64,000 nucleotides of DNA from Bacillota bacterium. Lineage in GTDB: Bacteria; Bacillota; SHA-98; UBA4971. This document shows, one piece after another, positions 1-10,017 of the stretch. How positions within the stretch are numbered: position 1 is the stretch's first letter; every line of letters starts with the position of its first letter. The position numbers were made by a program, and so were the translations under genes. The stretch is from assembly GCA_050949175.1 (NCBI GenBank), contig JBMNFG010000009.1:895-64894 (forward strand), read 5' to 3'. The notes under the pieces were generated by a model that had not been told where the DNA came from, searched no databases, and was given only the letters and a program-made list of their open reading frames with translations.

Positions 1-135
1 AGAATGGCCGCTTACGCTATTGAAGGCGCAATCAGCTTTGTTGCTTTTGCCAACCTCATGAACGAACTTGATGAGCCCAGCGCATTCGATGTATCGGAAT
101 TGGCGGATCTATGCCTCAGCGGGCTGTGTTGCTGA
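1..135 (+). CDS. 3' end of an upstream ORF truncated by the window start (frame 1, stop TGA at 133-135); hypothetical protein C-terminus
   Basis: Open frame from base 1 translating ...AAYAIEGAISFVAFANLMNELDEPSAFDVSELADLCLSGLCC*; no domain recognised. Often a regulator precedes MMPL exporters, but that is inference only. Confidence 0.25.
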   Translation, partial: RMAAYAIEGAISFVAFANLMNELDEPSAFDVSELADLCLSGLCC

Positions 136-246
136 CGATTTTGCAGAAACAACGGATCCTGTGCGAGAACGAGAGAGTAATGCAGCATGCTATCTTGCTT
201 GAATCAACCAGGTATCACCATACAAAGGCGGAGGGTTGAAACGATA

Positions 247-2583
247 ATGAAAAGACTGTCAGGTATTATTACCGGAAGACCCTTGGGTGTCTTTATTGTC
301 CTACTCGCAGTCTCTTTTTTGCTCGGGATGAATATTCGGGGTGTGGACTTGAAGGTAGATACCGAATCAATGGTGCCCAGGGATGACCCGGTGATTCAGG
401 ATCTTATAGAGACTGTGGAAGACTTCGGGTCTCAGGATATGATGATGATAGCTATCAAAGCTCCTGTGTATAGCAAAGACACGCTTGCAAAGGTACAGCG
501 CATTGGAGAGCAGTTATCTGATCTGCCGGGCGTTGACAGCGTAGTGACTCCGTTGGATGTCCAGGTTATCCGAGGAGACGAGTTCGGCCTTGAAATCTCG
601 CCGGTCGCTTATGGAGCGCCTGAGACTGCGGAAGAAATCGAGGAGTTCAGAAAGGCGCTTAAGGATAGCCCTCAAGGCTCTGCAATGGTATCTGAGGACG
701 GAGACGCCCTTGCGATATTTATCACGTTAGAACCCGGGGTTGTAGCTTCCCTTGAATCGCAGGACCTTGCGAGAGATATCGAGGCAATAGCGTTCTCGGA
801 AAAAGCGCCCGGTGAGGAGATATATGTTGTCGGTGAGGCGTATCTCGGGTACGTAGCAACAAACAACATGCTCCGCGACCTTAAAATACTCTTTCCCCTT
901 TCTCTTGTAGTCGTTGTTGCCATCCTGTACATAAGCTTTGGAAGTATGTTTGATGTTGCAGCTCTTATCATCACGATTCTCATGAGCCTTGCCTGTACCA
1001 TAGGCCTTATGGCGGTCCTCGGGTACGATATCACGATAGTATCCATGATCCTGCCTATCATCTTAGTATCAATGGGAAGCGCGGCCGGAATCCATATATT
1101 GAACCGTTTCCATGAAGAATCAGGCAAAGGCAGGTCTCCGGAAGAAGCAGTAAAGCAGGTGATTCATGAGTTAACAGGCCCGGTAGCCATGACCAGCCTG
1201 ACCACGGCTGTGGGGTTCGCATCTTTTGCCACGTCTTTTATCAGCCCTGTAAGGGTATTTGGAATATTTGCAGCAGCAGGCATTATGATTAACTTCCTTA
1301 TTACACTGACATGTGTCCCATCACTTCTTCTCTTACGAAGCAGAAAGAACAACGGACGCGCCAGGATTAACCGTGTTTTCCTGGAAAAGCGAGACGATAG
1401 GCCTGTTCTAAGCCGTTTTCTGGAGTCAGCTTCAACCACCGTAGTAACCCAGCCTCACAGAGTGATATTTGCCGTGGTTGCAGTAACCCTGATTTTCGCT
1501 GCAGGTATCCCCGGCCTTGACGTGGAGACCAACTGGATGCAGTACTTCAGGCAGGACAGCCATGCAGTCATGGGCACACGCCTGGTAGAAGAACTGTTCG
1601 GCGGGACTTACAGCTTGAGTGTGCTGGTGGATACAGGCGAGTACGACGGTGTCAAAGAGCCGGATGTCTTGGAACGTATGGCAAGGCTCCAGGATAGGAT
1701 GGGCGAAGTGGATAAACTGAGCTATCCGTCTTCCGTTGCGGAGCTTGTGCGCAACATTAACAAAGCCTTCAATGCCGACGATCCGGCATACTATTCTATT
1801 CCTGCTACTCGAGAAGCTGTTGCACAGGAACTTCTCCTCTTTACGATGCAGGGAGGAAGCGGGCTGGATTCCATGGTGAGCTACGATTTTCAGAAAGCGC
1901 TGGTAAGCGCAAGGGCTGCCAATGTGCCCACATCTGAACTGGGAGATATCATCGACGAAGTAGAGGCAATCGCTGACGAGGAATTCAGAGGTACGGGTAT
2001 TAACACCAGAGTCGTGGGCTTGCCTAAAGTGATGTTGAGGATGATGGAGAAGTTCATGGACGACCAGACGAGGAGCCTTATCTTTTCGGCTGTAGGAGTG
2101 TGGCTTGTCGTTTTTGCCATCTCACGGTCTGCAATCATTGCGTTTCTCTGTCTGATTCCGCTCTCTGTCACTATCTTAATTAATTTCGGGTTCATGGCAT
2201 ACATGAAGATACCTCTTGATGTTGTGACGATAATGATCTCAGGAATCAGCATCGGAATAGGCATAGACTACTCGATTCACCTAACAAGCAGGTATCGATA
2301 TGAGCTCCGTAACGGCAAAGGCCAGAAGGATGCCTTGAAGGCGACTATAACTTCAACAGGCCGCGGGATCTTTTTCAATGCATTCACATTGATGCTTGGG
2401 TTTGGCCTGCTTGTTCTCTCTACGTTCCGGGCGATATCAGTCTTTGGCATGCTTGTGGCAGGGACGATGTTCACATCCGGAGCCGGAGCCCTTATTCTCC
2501 TTCCCGCAGTCCTTCGGCTGATAGACCCCAGGTATATAAGGGGTGTTGGGAAGGCATTTCCGAAAGGTGAATCGTCGATCTAA
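247..2583 (+). CDS. MMPL/RND-superfamily membrane exporter (two 6-TM bundles with large extracytoplasmic loops)
   Basis: 798-aa ORF. Start moved to ATG at 247 (MKRLSGIITGRPLGVFIVLLAVSFLLG...) with GGAGGG about 12 nt upstream. Two hydrophobic blocks separated by soluble domains, typical of MMPL/SSD transporters. Confidence 0.75.
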   Translation: MKRLSGIITGRPLGVFIVLLAVSFLLGMNIRGVDLKVDTESMVPRDDPVIQDLIETVEDFGSQDMMMIAIKAPVYSKDTLAKVQRIGEQLSDLPGVDSVVTPLDVQVIRGDEFGLEISPVAYGAPETAEEIEEFRKALKDSPQGSAMVSEDGDALAIFITLEPGVVASLESQDLARDIEAIAFSEKAPGEEIYVVGEAYLGYVATNNMLRDLKILFPLSLVVVVAILYISFGSMFDVAALIITILMSLACTIGLMAVLGYDITIVSMILPIILVSMGSAAGIHILNRFHEESGKGRSPEEAVKQVIHELTGPVAMTSLTTAVGFASFATSFISPVRVFGIFAAAGIMINFLITLTCVPSLLLLRSRKNNGRARINRVFLEKRDDRPVLSRFLESASTTVVTQPHRVIFAVVAVTLIFAAGIPGLDVETNWMQYFRQDSHAVMGTRLVEELFGGTYSLSVLVDTGEYDGVKEPDVLERMARLQDRMGEVDKLSYPSSVAELVRNINKAFNADDPAYYSIPATREAVAQELLLFTMQGGSGLDSMVSYDFQKALVSARAANVPTSELGDIIDEVEAIADEEFRGTGINTRVVGLPKVMLRMMEKFMDDQTRSLIFSAVGVWLVVFAISRSAIIAFLCLIPLSVTILINFGFMAYMKIPLDVVTIMISGISIGIGIDYSIHLTSRYRYELRNGKGQKDALKATITSTGRGIFFNAFTLMLGFGLLVLSTFRAISVFGMLVAGTMFTSGAGALILLPAVLRLIDPRYIRGVGKAFPKGESSI

Positions 2584-2629
2584 GTAAGTTGGGGATAAGT
2601 AAACGAATCGCAAGGACGGTGACGTGGTT

Positions 2630-3442
2630 ATGAAGCTTCAAAGTCAGAAGGTACGGACCTTATGGACCACACTTGGCGTATTTGTCATGTGTATCCTGGT
2701 TATGTTGTCCGGCAGCGTGCATGCTGCAGAGCTTACAGCAAGGGAGATTCTGGACGAAATCGAAAGCATGGCCCTGCTTGCAGGGAGCGGTTCAGCCAAG
2801 ATTGAGCTGATAACTGAGAACAAGCGTGGCCAACAGCGCAGTAATACACTTCAGCTCTACAGGACGAAGGATGATGACGGGACAGAGAAACAGCTGCTTG
2901 AGTATTTGCAGCCGGCAGATGTCGCAGGCACAAAGCTGCTTAGCATAACAAGATCTGAAGGCAAGGATTCTGAGATATGGCTTTTCATGCCTGCCCTTGG
3001 AAAGGAAAGAAGGATTGCAGCCCAGGAAATGCAGACTAAGTTTATGGGAACTGACTTTACCTACGAAGAAATATCAGGGACAGCCGCGTACAAAGAAGAC
3101 TTTGACTCCGTGAGGCTGGAAGACGATACATTTGACGGGTACGCGTGCTATGTGCTTGAGCTCACTCCCAAGGGGAAGAGCGAGTACACGTTTGTGAAGA
3201 TGTGGGTATGGCAGGACGAGTTTATCCCGGTCAAGGTAGAGTTCTACGGACGCGGTGATAAACTTACAAAAACCCTTGAAACATCAGGTTGGAAGAAGAA
3301 TGCGGAAGATAAGTGGGAGCCTTCTGAAGTCGTAATGAGTGATGTCGTAGCAGGCACAAAGACGATAATAAAGATCATGGAGACATCAGGCGGCGAGATA
3401 TCTGACGAGTACTTCACTGTGCGTTATCTACGCAGGCGTTAA
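2630..3442 (+). CDS. LolA-like outer-membrane lipoprotein carrier / sorting-family periplasmic protein
   Basis: 270-aa ORF with N-terminal signal peptide (LWTTLGVFVMCILVMLSGSVHAAEL). A beta-rich soluble protein immediately downstream of an MMPL exporter, a recurring pairing in diderm bacteria. Family assignment is from pattern memory, not a search. Confidence 0.45.
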   Translation: MKLQSQKVRTLWTTLGVFVMCILVMLSGSVHAAELTAREILDEIESMALLAGSGSAKIELITENKRGQQRSNTLQLYRTKDDDGTEKQLLEYLQPADVAGTKLLSITRSEGKDSEIWLFMPALGKERRIAAQEMQTKFMGTDFTYEEISGTAAYKEDFDSVRLEDDTFDGYACYVLELTPKGKSEYTFVKMWVWQDEFIPVKVEFYGRGDKLTKTLETSGWKKNAEDKWEPSEVVMSDVVAGTKTIIKIMETSGGEISDEYFTVRYLRRR

Positions 3443-3552
3443 GGCGTCTTATGCTGTGTTTCTTAGAATGTATCTTTTAGTTGGACCGGAAGGCCTGATA
3501 GCATAGACGCGAGCATTAGGCTTCCTATGACCGGAGAGGAGGACAAGACTGG

Positions 3553-5112
3553 ATGAAACCCGGGAAAACGCTTAGATTCAAGACTTTGCTGCCCGTTCTC
3601 ATCTGTGCTCTACTGGCGTTGGGAGTGACATCCCAGACTGCACTGGCCCTGGAGTTGGGTCCGACAGGGTTGCGCCTTTCGGGCGAGGTTGCGCAAACAG
3701 CATCCTGGTTTTTCGACCCAGGAGAACTCGTCATCGGTGTCACAAGGTACAAGCTTTCACTGGACCAGAGCTTACGGCGAGCGGGGATAGGGATTGACGG
3801 ACATCTTCATGTGTCTGTGAAAGGCTGGTACGACCATGAGGCATCTGAAGGAAAATGGATTGAACTGGGTGAGGCATATGCCGACATATACCACGATCTA
3901 TTCGACTTGCGCCTTGGGCATCAGGTTGTATCATGGGGTACTGCTTATGGATTGAACCCTACAAGCTACGTCAATCCAATGCCGGCTTTGGACACATTGG
4001 AGCCGGGAATGCTTACGGATGCTGCCGGTCTCCCTGTACCTGCTGCTTATGTATCAGCATATCCGTCATGGAGGGATTTGTCAGCTGATATCGGCATGGT
4101 GCTGGTCCTGGATCCCAGGCTTCAAGGAGTGCCGTTACCTAAGGAAGCACAGGCACAGATCTTATACGGTGTCCGTTCGCGCATCAAAGAAGGGCTGGAT
4201 CCGTCAGATTTGGCCGGGGGATTAGCCGAGATGATTCTGCCCTGGTTACCCCCGGGATTTACTGTCACCCCAGAGTTCCTGGAGGGATTAGCCCAGATTA
4301 TTATCAATTATGCCGAAGCGCGTCTCGCCGGAGAAGAATTTGTCCCTGAGGTTCCCGGCTCTTTCACGGACCGTTTGGAATTTGCAGCACGCGCAGGTAT
4401 GAATTTCGGCATGTGGGACCTGTACCTCAGCGGATTTCGGGGATGGGAGGATGCGCCTGTCCTTTGGGTAGAGGTTGCTCCTTCAGTCGAGTTTACAGAG
4501 GGGACTTCTCTCTCCGGACCATCACCGCCTCCTATAGAAATGATATCAGGGATTTACATGGATCTTTACCCGAAGGCAGCATACCGCAAGGCAACTGCGC
4601 TCGGAGCTGCCGTAAGCGGCACATGGGGCCCTTATACCTTCTGGGGCGAGGCAAGCTACACATGGCCTGATGAGGTTAAGGAGCTTGATCCGGAACAAAA
4701 CGTAGTCTTTTCAACCAACAATCCCTACCTGCAATTGGTGATAGGTGCGGACCAAATGTTGGGAAGCGCAGGTGAATACTATGTCATGGGGCAGTACATA
4801 TATAACGGCAGAGGTTCATTGCTTTCACCGTATACCATGCCGGATGAAGAAGGCAACCTCAAGGTCGAGCCAGGGCACTATTTATCTGCAATAGGCAGGG
4901 CTACGATACTTGATGATCATCAGATCGAGCTTATAAATGTCTTAAACATACGTGATAAGAGCGGGCTTATCATGCCCAGGTATACGTATAAGATAAACCC
5001 TATGCTCAGCACCTGGGTTGAGACTACACTTCTCTTCGGCGAAGAGTCTACGGAGTTCGGCAGCCTGCCCATGAATAAGTATGTGTCTTGCGGGGTTAAA
5101 GTTATTTGGTAA
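3553..5112 (+). CDS. Secreted protein, probable outer-membrane beta-barrel (DUF1302-like)
   Basis: 519 aa; signal peptide MKPGKTLRFKTLLPVLICALLALGVTSQTALA; Gly/aromatic-rich; terminates in ...CGVKVIW (C-terminal aromatic typical of OMPs). Gene context is MMPL plus LolA-like. Confidence 0.35.
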   Translation: MKPGKTLRFKTLLPVLICALLALGVTSQTALALELGPTGLRLSGEVAQTASWFFDPGELVIGVTRYKLSLDQSLRRAGIGIDGHLHVSVKGWYDHEASEGKWIELGEAYADIYHDLFDLRLGHQVVSWGTAYGLNPTSYVNPMPALDTLEPGMLTDAAGLPVPAAYVSAYPSWRDLSADIGMVLVLDPRLQGVPLPKEAQAQILYGVRSRIKEGLDPSDLAGGLAEMILPWLPPGFTVTPEFLEGLAQIIINYAEARLAGEEFVPEVPGSFTDRLEFAARAGMNFGMWDLYLSGFRGWEDAPVLWVEVAPSVEFTEGTSLSGPSPPPIEMISGIYMDLYPKAAYRKATALGAAVSGTWGPYTFWGEASYTWPDEVKELDPEQNVVFSTNNPYLQLVIGADQMLGSAGEYYVMGQYIYNGRGSLLSPYTMPDEEGNLKVEPGHYLSAIGRATILDDHQIELINVLNIRDKSGLIMPRYTYKINPMLSTWVETTLLFGEESTEFGSLPMNKYVSCGVKVIW

Positions 5113-5205
5113 ACAAAGGGCTGCTATTCTCAATTCAGGGATTATTTGATAGAATTCTATCAGAGAGTTCTTTGTTTCGTTAACCTGAAAGAGGAGGGTT
5201 GCCCG

Positions 5206-5922
5206 GTGAAGAGAAAAGCTGCATGCAACCTGCTGGTAGGTCTTTGTATCATCATGTTGCTGGTAGGCTCGGTTTTTAGTGTTGAAGCCGCAAGCTTGCC
5301 TGAGGTGCGTATTAATGAAGCGGTGAATGTGTTACGGGAAATGGCTTCGCAGGAAGACTACGGTACAATGGCTGAGCTCCTGGCGAGGGCAAAGGGAGTT
5401 GCAATCTTCCCGTCGGTAGTCAAAGCCGGATTGATGCTGGGGGCAAGGCACGGCAAAGGTATTGTTCTGAAAAGAGATGCAGTGAGCGGACAGTGGTACG
5501 GACCGAACTTTGTAGAGATAACCGGGCTTTCGTACGGGCTTCAGATAGGTGTGCAGTCAACAGCTCTTGTCCTTGTTATCACAAATGAAGAAGGTATGAA
5601 GAGCTTTGAGGAAGGCAGCTTTACTCTCGGTGGCGATTTAACTGTAGCTGCAGGCCCCCTGGGCCGCCATCTGGAAGCCGGGACAGATATTGGACTTAAA
5701 GCTGCGATTTACAGTTACTCAATGAGTAAAGGCGCATTCGTCGGGTTTTCTCTGGAAGGGGCTAAGATAAGCCCGGACGATGCTGCTAATGAGCTTTACT
5801 GGAAGAGGTCAGCCTCACCCACCGAACTCCTCAAACAACGGGCGACAGATTCCAGGATAGGCCTGCTTATTCGGGAACTGGATGCGTTGGTGGCTGAAGG
5901 AGGAGGCAGGACCGCGCTCTGA
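5206..5922 (+). CDS. SYLF (Ysc84-like) lipid-binding domain protein, secreted
   Basis: GTG start at 5206 preceded by AGGAGGG; signal peptide VKRKAACNLLVGLCIIMLLVGSVFSVEAASL. The motif G..GKGIV and the conserved ...GAFVGFSLEGAKI... block are typical of the SYLF/DUF500 fold. Confidence 0.5.
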   Translation: MKRKAACNLLVGLCIIMLLVGSVFSVEAASLPEVRINEAVNVLREMASQEDYGTMAELLARAKGVAIFPSVVKAGLMLGARHGKGIVLKRDAVSGQWYGPNFVEITGLSYGLQIGVQSTALVLVITNEEGMKSFEEGSFTLGGDLTVAAGPLGRHLEAGTDIGLKAAIYSYSMSKGAFVGFSLEGAKISPDDAANELYWKRSASPTELLKQRATDSRIGLLIRELDALVAEGGGRTAL

Positions 5923-6045
5923 TTGGATAAGGCTATTCTAGGTTTCAGAGTCCTTTTCGTCTCAGACGGCGAAAAGGACTTATTTATGGTATGCAGGACT
6001 TAGCTTGTGATCTTAAAGATACTTTGTAAAGATGGTGAACTAATC

Positions 6046-8214
6046 GTGAATAAGCAAACGATAATAGAGAGGATTTCTGCGGAACTTGCTATTCCTGTTC
6101 AGAATGTAACCAATACAGTGGCACTCCTCGGCGAGGGGAACACTGTACCTTTTATCGCCAGGTACAGAAAGGAAGTTACGGGATCCCTAGATGAGGTGGC
6201 CATAAGGTCGGTTGAAGAGCGCCTGGCGTACCTTCGCAACCTTGAGGAACGTAAGGAAGCGGTCATAAGGTCCATTGACGAACAGGGCAAACTTACAGAC
6301 GAGCTTCGCGAGGCTATCCTCGGCGCGTCCACCTTGCAGGAGGTAGAAGACCTTTACCTCCCTTATAGGCCTAAAAGGCAGACCAGGGCTAAGAAGGCCC
6401 GTGAAAAAGGGCTGGACCCGCTTGCCGTTTTGATGCTGGAGTCGCAAGACAGAGAAGGAGATATCCGGGAGATAGCATCGGGGTACATAGATCCTGAAAA
6501 AGAAGTGTTCACGGTTGATGATGCTTTGGCAGGTGCACGTGACATAGTAGCTGAGATCATCATGGAAGATGCAAAAGTCAGGGCTATGGCAAGGGCTTTT
6601 TTCCGCGAGCACGGGTTTCTGGAGGCGACAGCTGCCAAGCTAGAGGATGGTTATGCGTCAGAGTATGAAGATTACTATGACTACGAAGAGCAGATTGCCG
6701 GTATTCCTCCCCACAGGATCCTGGCGATAAACAGGGGAGAATCCGAAGGTGAGCTGAAAGTCAAGGTGTTGCGGCCTGACGAGGCTTTGCTCTCGGCTAT
6801 CCGCGAGAGTTTCATCACTGAGGATGGCGGTATATTCAGGGAACAGCTTGACCTTGCTATTGAAGACGGATACAAGCGGCTTCTGTCTCCGGCAATAGAG
6901 CGGGAGATGCGCAGCATGCTGACGGAGAAGGCGGAGGAGCACGCCATAGGAGTATTCGAGAAGAACCTGAGGAATCTTCTTTTGCAGTCTCCTGTTGAAG
7001 GCAAAGTGGTGCTGGGTATTGATCCGGGCTATCGGACCGGTTCGAAGATAGCGGTAGTGGATCCCACAGGTAAGCTGCTGGAGACCGCAACGATATATCC
7101 CCACCCTCCGCAGGAGCGTCGCGACGAGGCTGTGCGGATCATCAGGGATCTCGTAGGGAAGCATAATGTTGATGTTATTGCGATCGGCAATGGAACTGCC
7201 TCCCGCGAGACAGAGGTATTTATCAGCGAGCTTATAAAGGATTCGGGTCTTAGCTTAAGATATGTAATCGTGGATGAAGCCGGTGCTTCGGTCTATTCTG
7301 CTTCTGATGCAGGGCGCGAGGATTTGCCGGATCTTGACGTATCAATAAGGGGTGCTGTGTCAATTGCCCGCCGGCTTCAGGACCCTTTGGCTGAGCTTGT
7401 GAAGATCGATCCCAAATCTATCGGAGTAGGTTTGTACCAGCATGACGTCAACCAGGCCAGGCTTGGCGAAGCCTTGGGGAACACAGTGGAATCATGTGTC
7501 AACTACGTGGGGGTTGATCTTAATACAGCATCTGCTGCTCTCTTATCATATGTAGCAGGCATTTCAAAGAACGTAGCTAAGAATATCGTCGCATTTCGCG
7601 AGGAAAACGGCGCGTTCAAGGCCAGGAAAGAATTGCGTTCAGTGCCCGGAATCGGTCCGAAAACGTTTCAGCAAGCGGCCGGGTTCCTAAGGATAAGGTC
7701 ATTTGAAGATCCCTTTGCCATTACACCTATTCACCCTGAGTCCTACCATGTGGCTGAAGCGGTCCTTGTGCGCCTCGGGTTTTCGCCTGAGGACCTTCTC
7801 TCCCGCGAGAAAGTAACCCAGCTGCGGCGTAAGCTTGTGGATCTTGACATTAAGTCACTTGCGGAAGAGCTTAACACAGGCATTCCCACTCTGGAAGACA
7901 TAGTAGACGCATTGAGGCGCCCCGGACGTGACCCCAGGAAGGAGCTTCCGGGCCCTGTGTTCCGCAGCGATGTCCTGTCCATGGAGGATCTTAAGCCGGG
8001 CATGGTGGTTACAGGAACCGTCCGGAACGTAGTGGATTTCGGCGCATTTGTTGATATCGGCGTTGAGCGGGACGGACTCGTCCATATCTCGGAGATGAGC
8101 GATTCTTTCGTGCACAGCCCGCATCATGTGGTGGCAGTAGGGGATGTAGTCAGCGTGAAAGTGATAAATATTGATTCTGACCGGGGACGCATATCTCTAT
8201 CGATGCGGATCTGA
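6046..8214 (+). CDS. tex: Transcription accessory protein Tex (YqgF/RNase H-like, HhH and C-terminal S1 domains)
   Basis: 722 aa from GTG 6046. Contains GIDPGYRTGSKIAVVDPTGKLLETATIY (YqgF-like), HhH segments, and C-terminal S1 (GMVVTGTVRNVVDFGAFVDIGVERDGLVHISEM). Confidence 0.9.
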   Translation: MNKQTIIERISAELAIPVQNVTNTVALLGEGNTVPFIARYRKEVTGSLDEVAIRSVEERLAYLRNLEERKEAVIRSIDEQGKLTDELREAILGASTLQEVEDLYLPYRPKRQTRAKKAREKGLDPLAVLMLESQDREGDIREIASGYIDPEKEVFTVDDALAGARDIVAEIIMEDAKVRAMARAFFREHGFLEATAAKLEDGYASEYEDYYDYEEQIAGIPPHRILAINRGESEGELKVKVLRPDEALLSAIRESFITEDGGIFREQLDLAIEDGYKRLLSPAIEREMRSMLTEKAEEHAIGVFEKNLRNLLLQSPVEGKVVLGIDPGYRTGSKIAVVDPTGKLLETATIYPHPPQERRDEAVRIIRDLVGKHNVDVIAIGNGTASRETEVFISELIKDSGLSLRYVIVDEAGASVYSASDAGREDLPDLDVSIRGAVSIARRLQDPLAELVKIDPKSIGVGLYQHDVNQARLGEALGNTVESCVNYVGVDLNTASAALLSYVAGISKNVAKNIVAFREENGAFKARKELRSVPGIGPKTFQQAAGFLRIRSFEDPFAITPIHPESYHVAEAVLVRLGFSPEDLLSREKVTQLRRKLVDLDIKSLAEELNTGIPTLEDIVDALRRPGRDPRKELPGPVFRSDVLSMEDLKPGMVVTGTVRNVVDFGAFVDIGVERDGLVHISEMSDSFVHSPHHVVAVGDVVSVKVINIDSDRGRISLSMRI

Positions 8215-8314
8215 TAGATGCGACCCTGGACTTCGACTTCTTGCGCTACAATTCGGAAGGATTTGACTTGAAGTTGTAGAAGAGCCTGAAAGGAACATCA
8301 GACGCAGAAGGAAG

Positions 8315-8851
8315 GTGAGTGTTTTGGACAGTACCTCGATCAATTCCATACAGACGAAACGGAATATTTTGTTCATTACCAGGACTGCCATACTGATGGC
8401 ACTCACTTTGGTAATACAGATGATGGGTATGCCACAGTACGCCACAGGACCTTTAGTCAATACAATGCTGTATCTTGCTGGCGTATTTGTGGGGATCTGG
8501 GGAGGAGTAGCAATAGGGCTCGTTACCCCTGTGATTGCTCTTTGGCGAGGTATTCTCCCTGCTCCCTTGGGACCCATGGTTCCGTTTATTGCATTGGGAA
8601 ACGCTGTTTTGGTCATAATCTACGGATTGATTGAGAAGCGTAACAAGTACATTGCAGTTGTCCTTGCATCGGTGATTAAGTACCTGGTACTTGCTACCGC
8701 GGTAAGGTTCATAGTCAGTGTCCCGCCGAAAATCGCTCAAATGATGCAAGTGCCGCAGCTTGTTACCGCTCTTGCAGGAGGCGCCATCGCCATCATTCTT
8801 TCTGAAATACTTGTCCGAAGGCGGCTTATAAAACCCTGGCATGAGACGTAA
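8315..8851 (+). CDS. Small polytopic membrane protein, ECF-transporter S-component-like
   Basis: 178 aa, about 5-6 TM segments, RTAILMALTLVIQMMG-type N-terminal helix as in ECF S components. Start may be TTG at 8324 (RBS GGAAGG abuts the GTG at 8315). Confidence 0.4.
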   Translation: MSVLDSTSINSIQTKRNILFITRTAILMALTLVIQMMGMPQYATGPLVNTMLYLAGVFVGIWGGVAIGLVTPVIALWRGILPAPLGPMVPFIALGNAVLVIIYGLIEKRNKYIAVVLASVIKYLVLATAVRFIVSVPPKIAQMMQVPQLVTALAGGAIAIILSEILVRRRLIKPWHET

Positions 8852-8873
8852 TCCAGGATTAGGAGGGATCTAA

Positions 8874-9476
8874 ATGCCAAATCCACGACGGCGCTGGACC
8901 ATTAGGGAACTTGCATTTTTAGCTCTTATTGCCGTGCTTAGCATGGTGACAAAACCCTATGTAAAAGGTGTTGTCAACGTTATTACCCAGCCTCTGGGCA
9001 TTCCGGGAGGAGTTGCTGCAGGCACGATCTACATGTTTTGGGTTGTGCTTGCAGGTTACATGGTAGGCCGTCCGGGCTCTGTGTTTCTCTTCTCTCTTCT
9101 TCAGGGGATACTTGCACTGATGATGGGGTTTACAGGTCCGCTGGGAGCGCTGATAATCGTCTCATATGCACTTCCCGGTATAGCAGTGGAGGTTTTGTAC
9201 CTGTCCCTTGGACTGGTCTGGGGCGATTGCCGTCAGGCATCTATCCCTTGCATATTGGCAGGGGCTGTGGCCAATATCTCAGGAGCTGTAGCCAATGCAA
9301 TCCTTATGTTTAGCATGGGAGGGAGCCTTGTCTTAGTATTGTCTCCCATCGCAGCCGTAACAGGAGGGCTTGGCGGGTTCTTGGCTTTTGTGGCCGGCAC
9401 GTATCTTGTTAGGGCTTTGGGAATTGACACGCTTTCGCAGAATGAAGCTACGTCAGAAGGAGCCGGATCTCAATGA
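8874..9476 (+). CDS. Polytopic membrane protein (second ECF-S-like / YkoE-like component)
   Basis: 200 aa, all hydrophobic helices; RBS GGAGGG upstream; stop overlaps the start of the next gene (ATGA at 9473-9476), implying an operon. Confidence 0.35.
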   Translation: MPNPRRRWTIRELAFLALIAVLSMVTKPYVKGVVNVITQPLGIPGGVAAGTIYMFWVVLAGYMVGRPGSVFLFSLLQGILALMMGFTGPLGALIIVSYALPGIAVEVLYLSLGLVWGDCRQASIPCILAGAVANISGAVANAILMFSMGGSLVLVLSPIAAVTGGLGGFLAFVAGTYLVRALGIDTLSQNEATSEGAGSQ

Positions 9477-10006
9477 ACTTAAGGCAGAATCTGTTCCTTA
9501 CCGGACCGAAACGGGTAGGCAAATCTACTGCATTGTTCTCTGCGGTTCAACAGGTGAGTCAAGGGCATCCCCTGACTCTCGGTGGGTTTCGCGTGGATAG
9601 GGTATTTGAGGGCAGGCGCTTGCGTGCCTTCCGCATTATGGACTTGGATACATCTGCATCAGCAGTCATATCTACAGCCCGCAAAGGCGGCTGGGATGTC
9701 CATCTTGAGTCATTTGACACTGTAGGCGCGGATTCTATCAGACGCGGTATCTCCGGAGCCAATCTCATTATCATGGATGAACTCGGGAGATTCGAGCTTG
9801 ATGCCTACGAGTTTAGGCAAGCTGTAATGGAAGCCCTTGACAGCCCAGTGCCTGTCCTCGGGGTTCTTAAGAGAGACGACAATCCTTTCCTGAACGGAAT
9901 CCGAAGCCGGGAGGATACTGAGGTATTAGAAGTTACCGAGGAGAACCGCGACGGTGTCAAGGAGTATGTACTCAGCTGGCTCAATCGCGTTCTATCTGAG
10001 AAGTAG
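9473..10006 (+). CDS. THEP1-type P-loop NTPase (COG1618 family)
   Basis: 177 aa. Walker A LFLTGPKRVGKST at the N-terminus; Walker B-like IIMDELG; the size fits the small NTPase/THEP1 family. Confidence 0.6.
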   Translation: MNLRQNLFLTGPKRVGKSTALFSAVQQVSQGHPLTLGGFRVDRVFEGRRLRAFRIMDLDTSASAVISTARKGGWDVHLESFDTVGADSIRRGISGANLIIMDELGRFELDAYEFRQAVMEALDSPVPVLGVLKRDDNPFLNGIRSREDTEVLEVTEENRDGVKEYVLSWLNRVLSEK

Positions 10007-10017
10007 GTGTATGTTCC

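Noticed and set aside
6099-8127. Numerous minus-strand ORFs (77-168 aa) inside tex
   Set aside because: All are antisense to a high-confidence Tex gene with conserved YqgF/HhH/S1 domains; typical GC-driven spurious ORFs.
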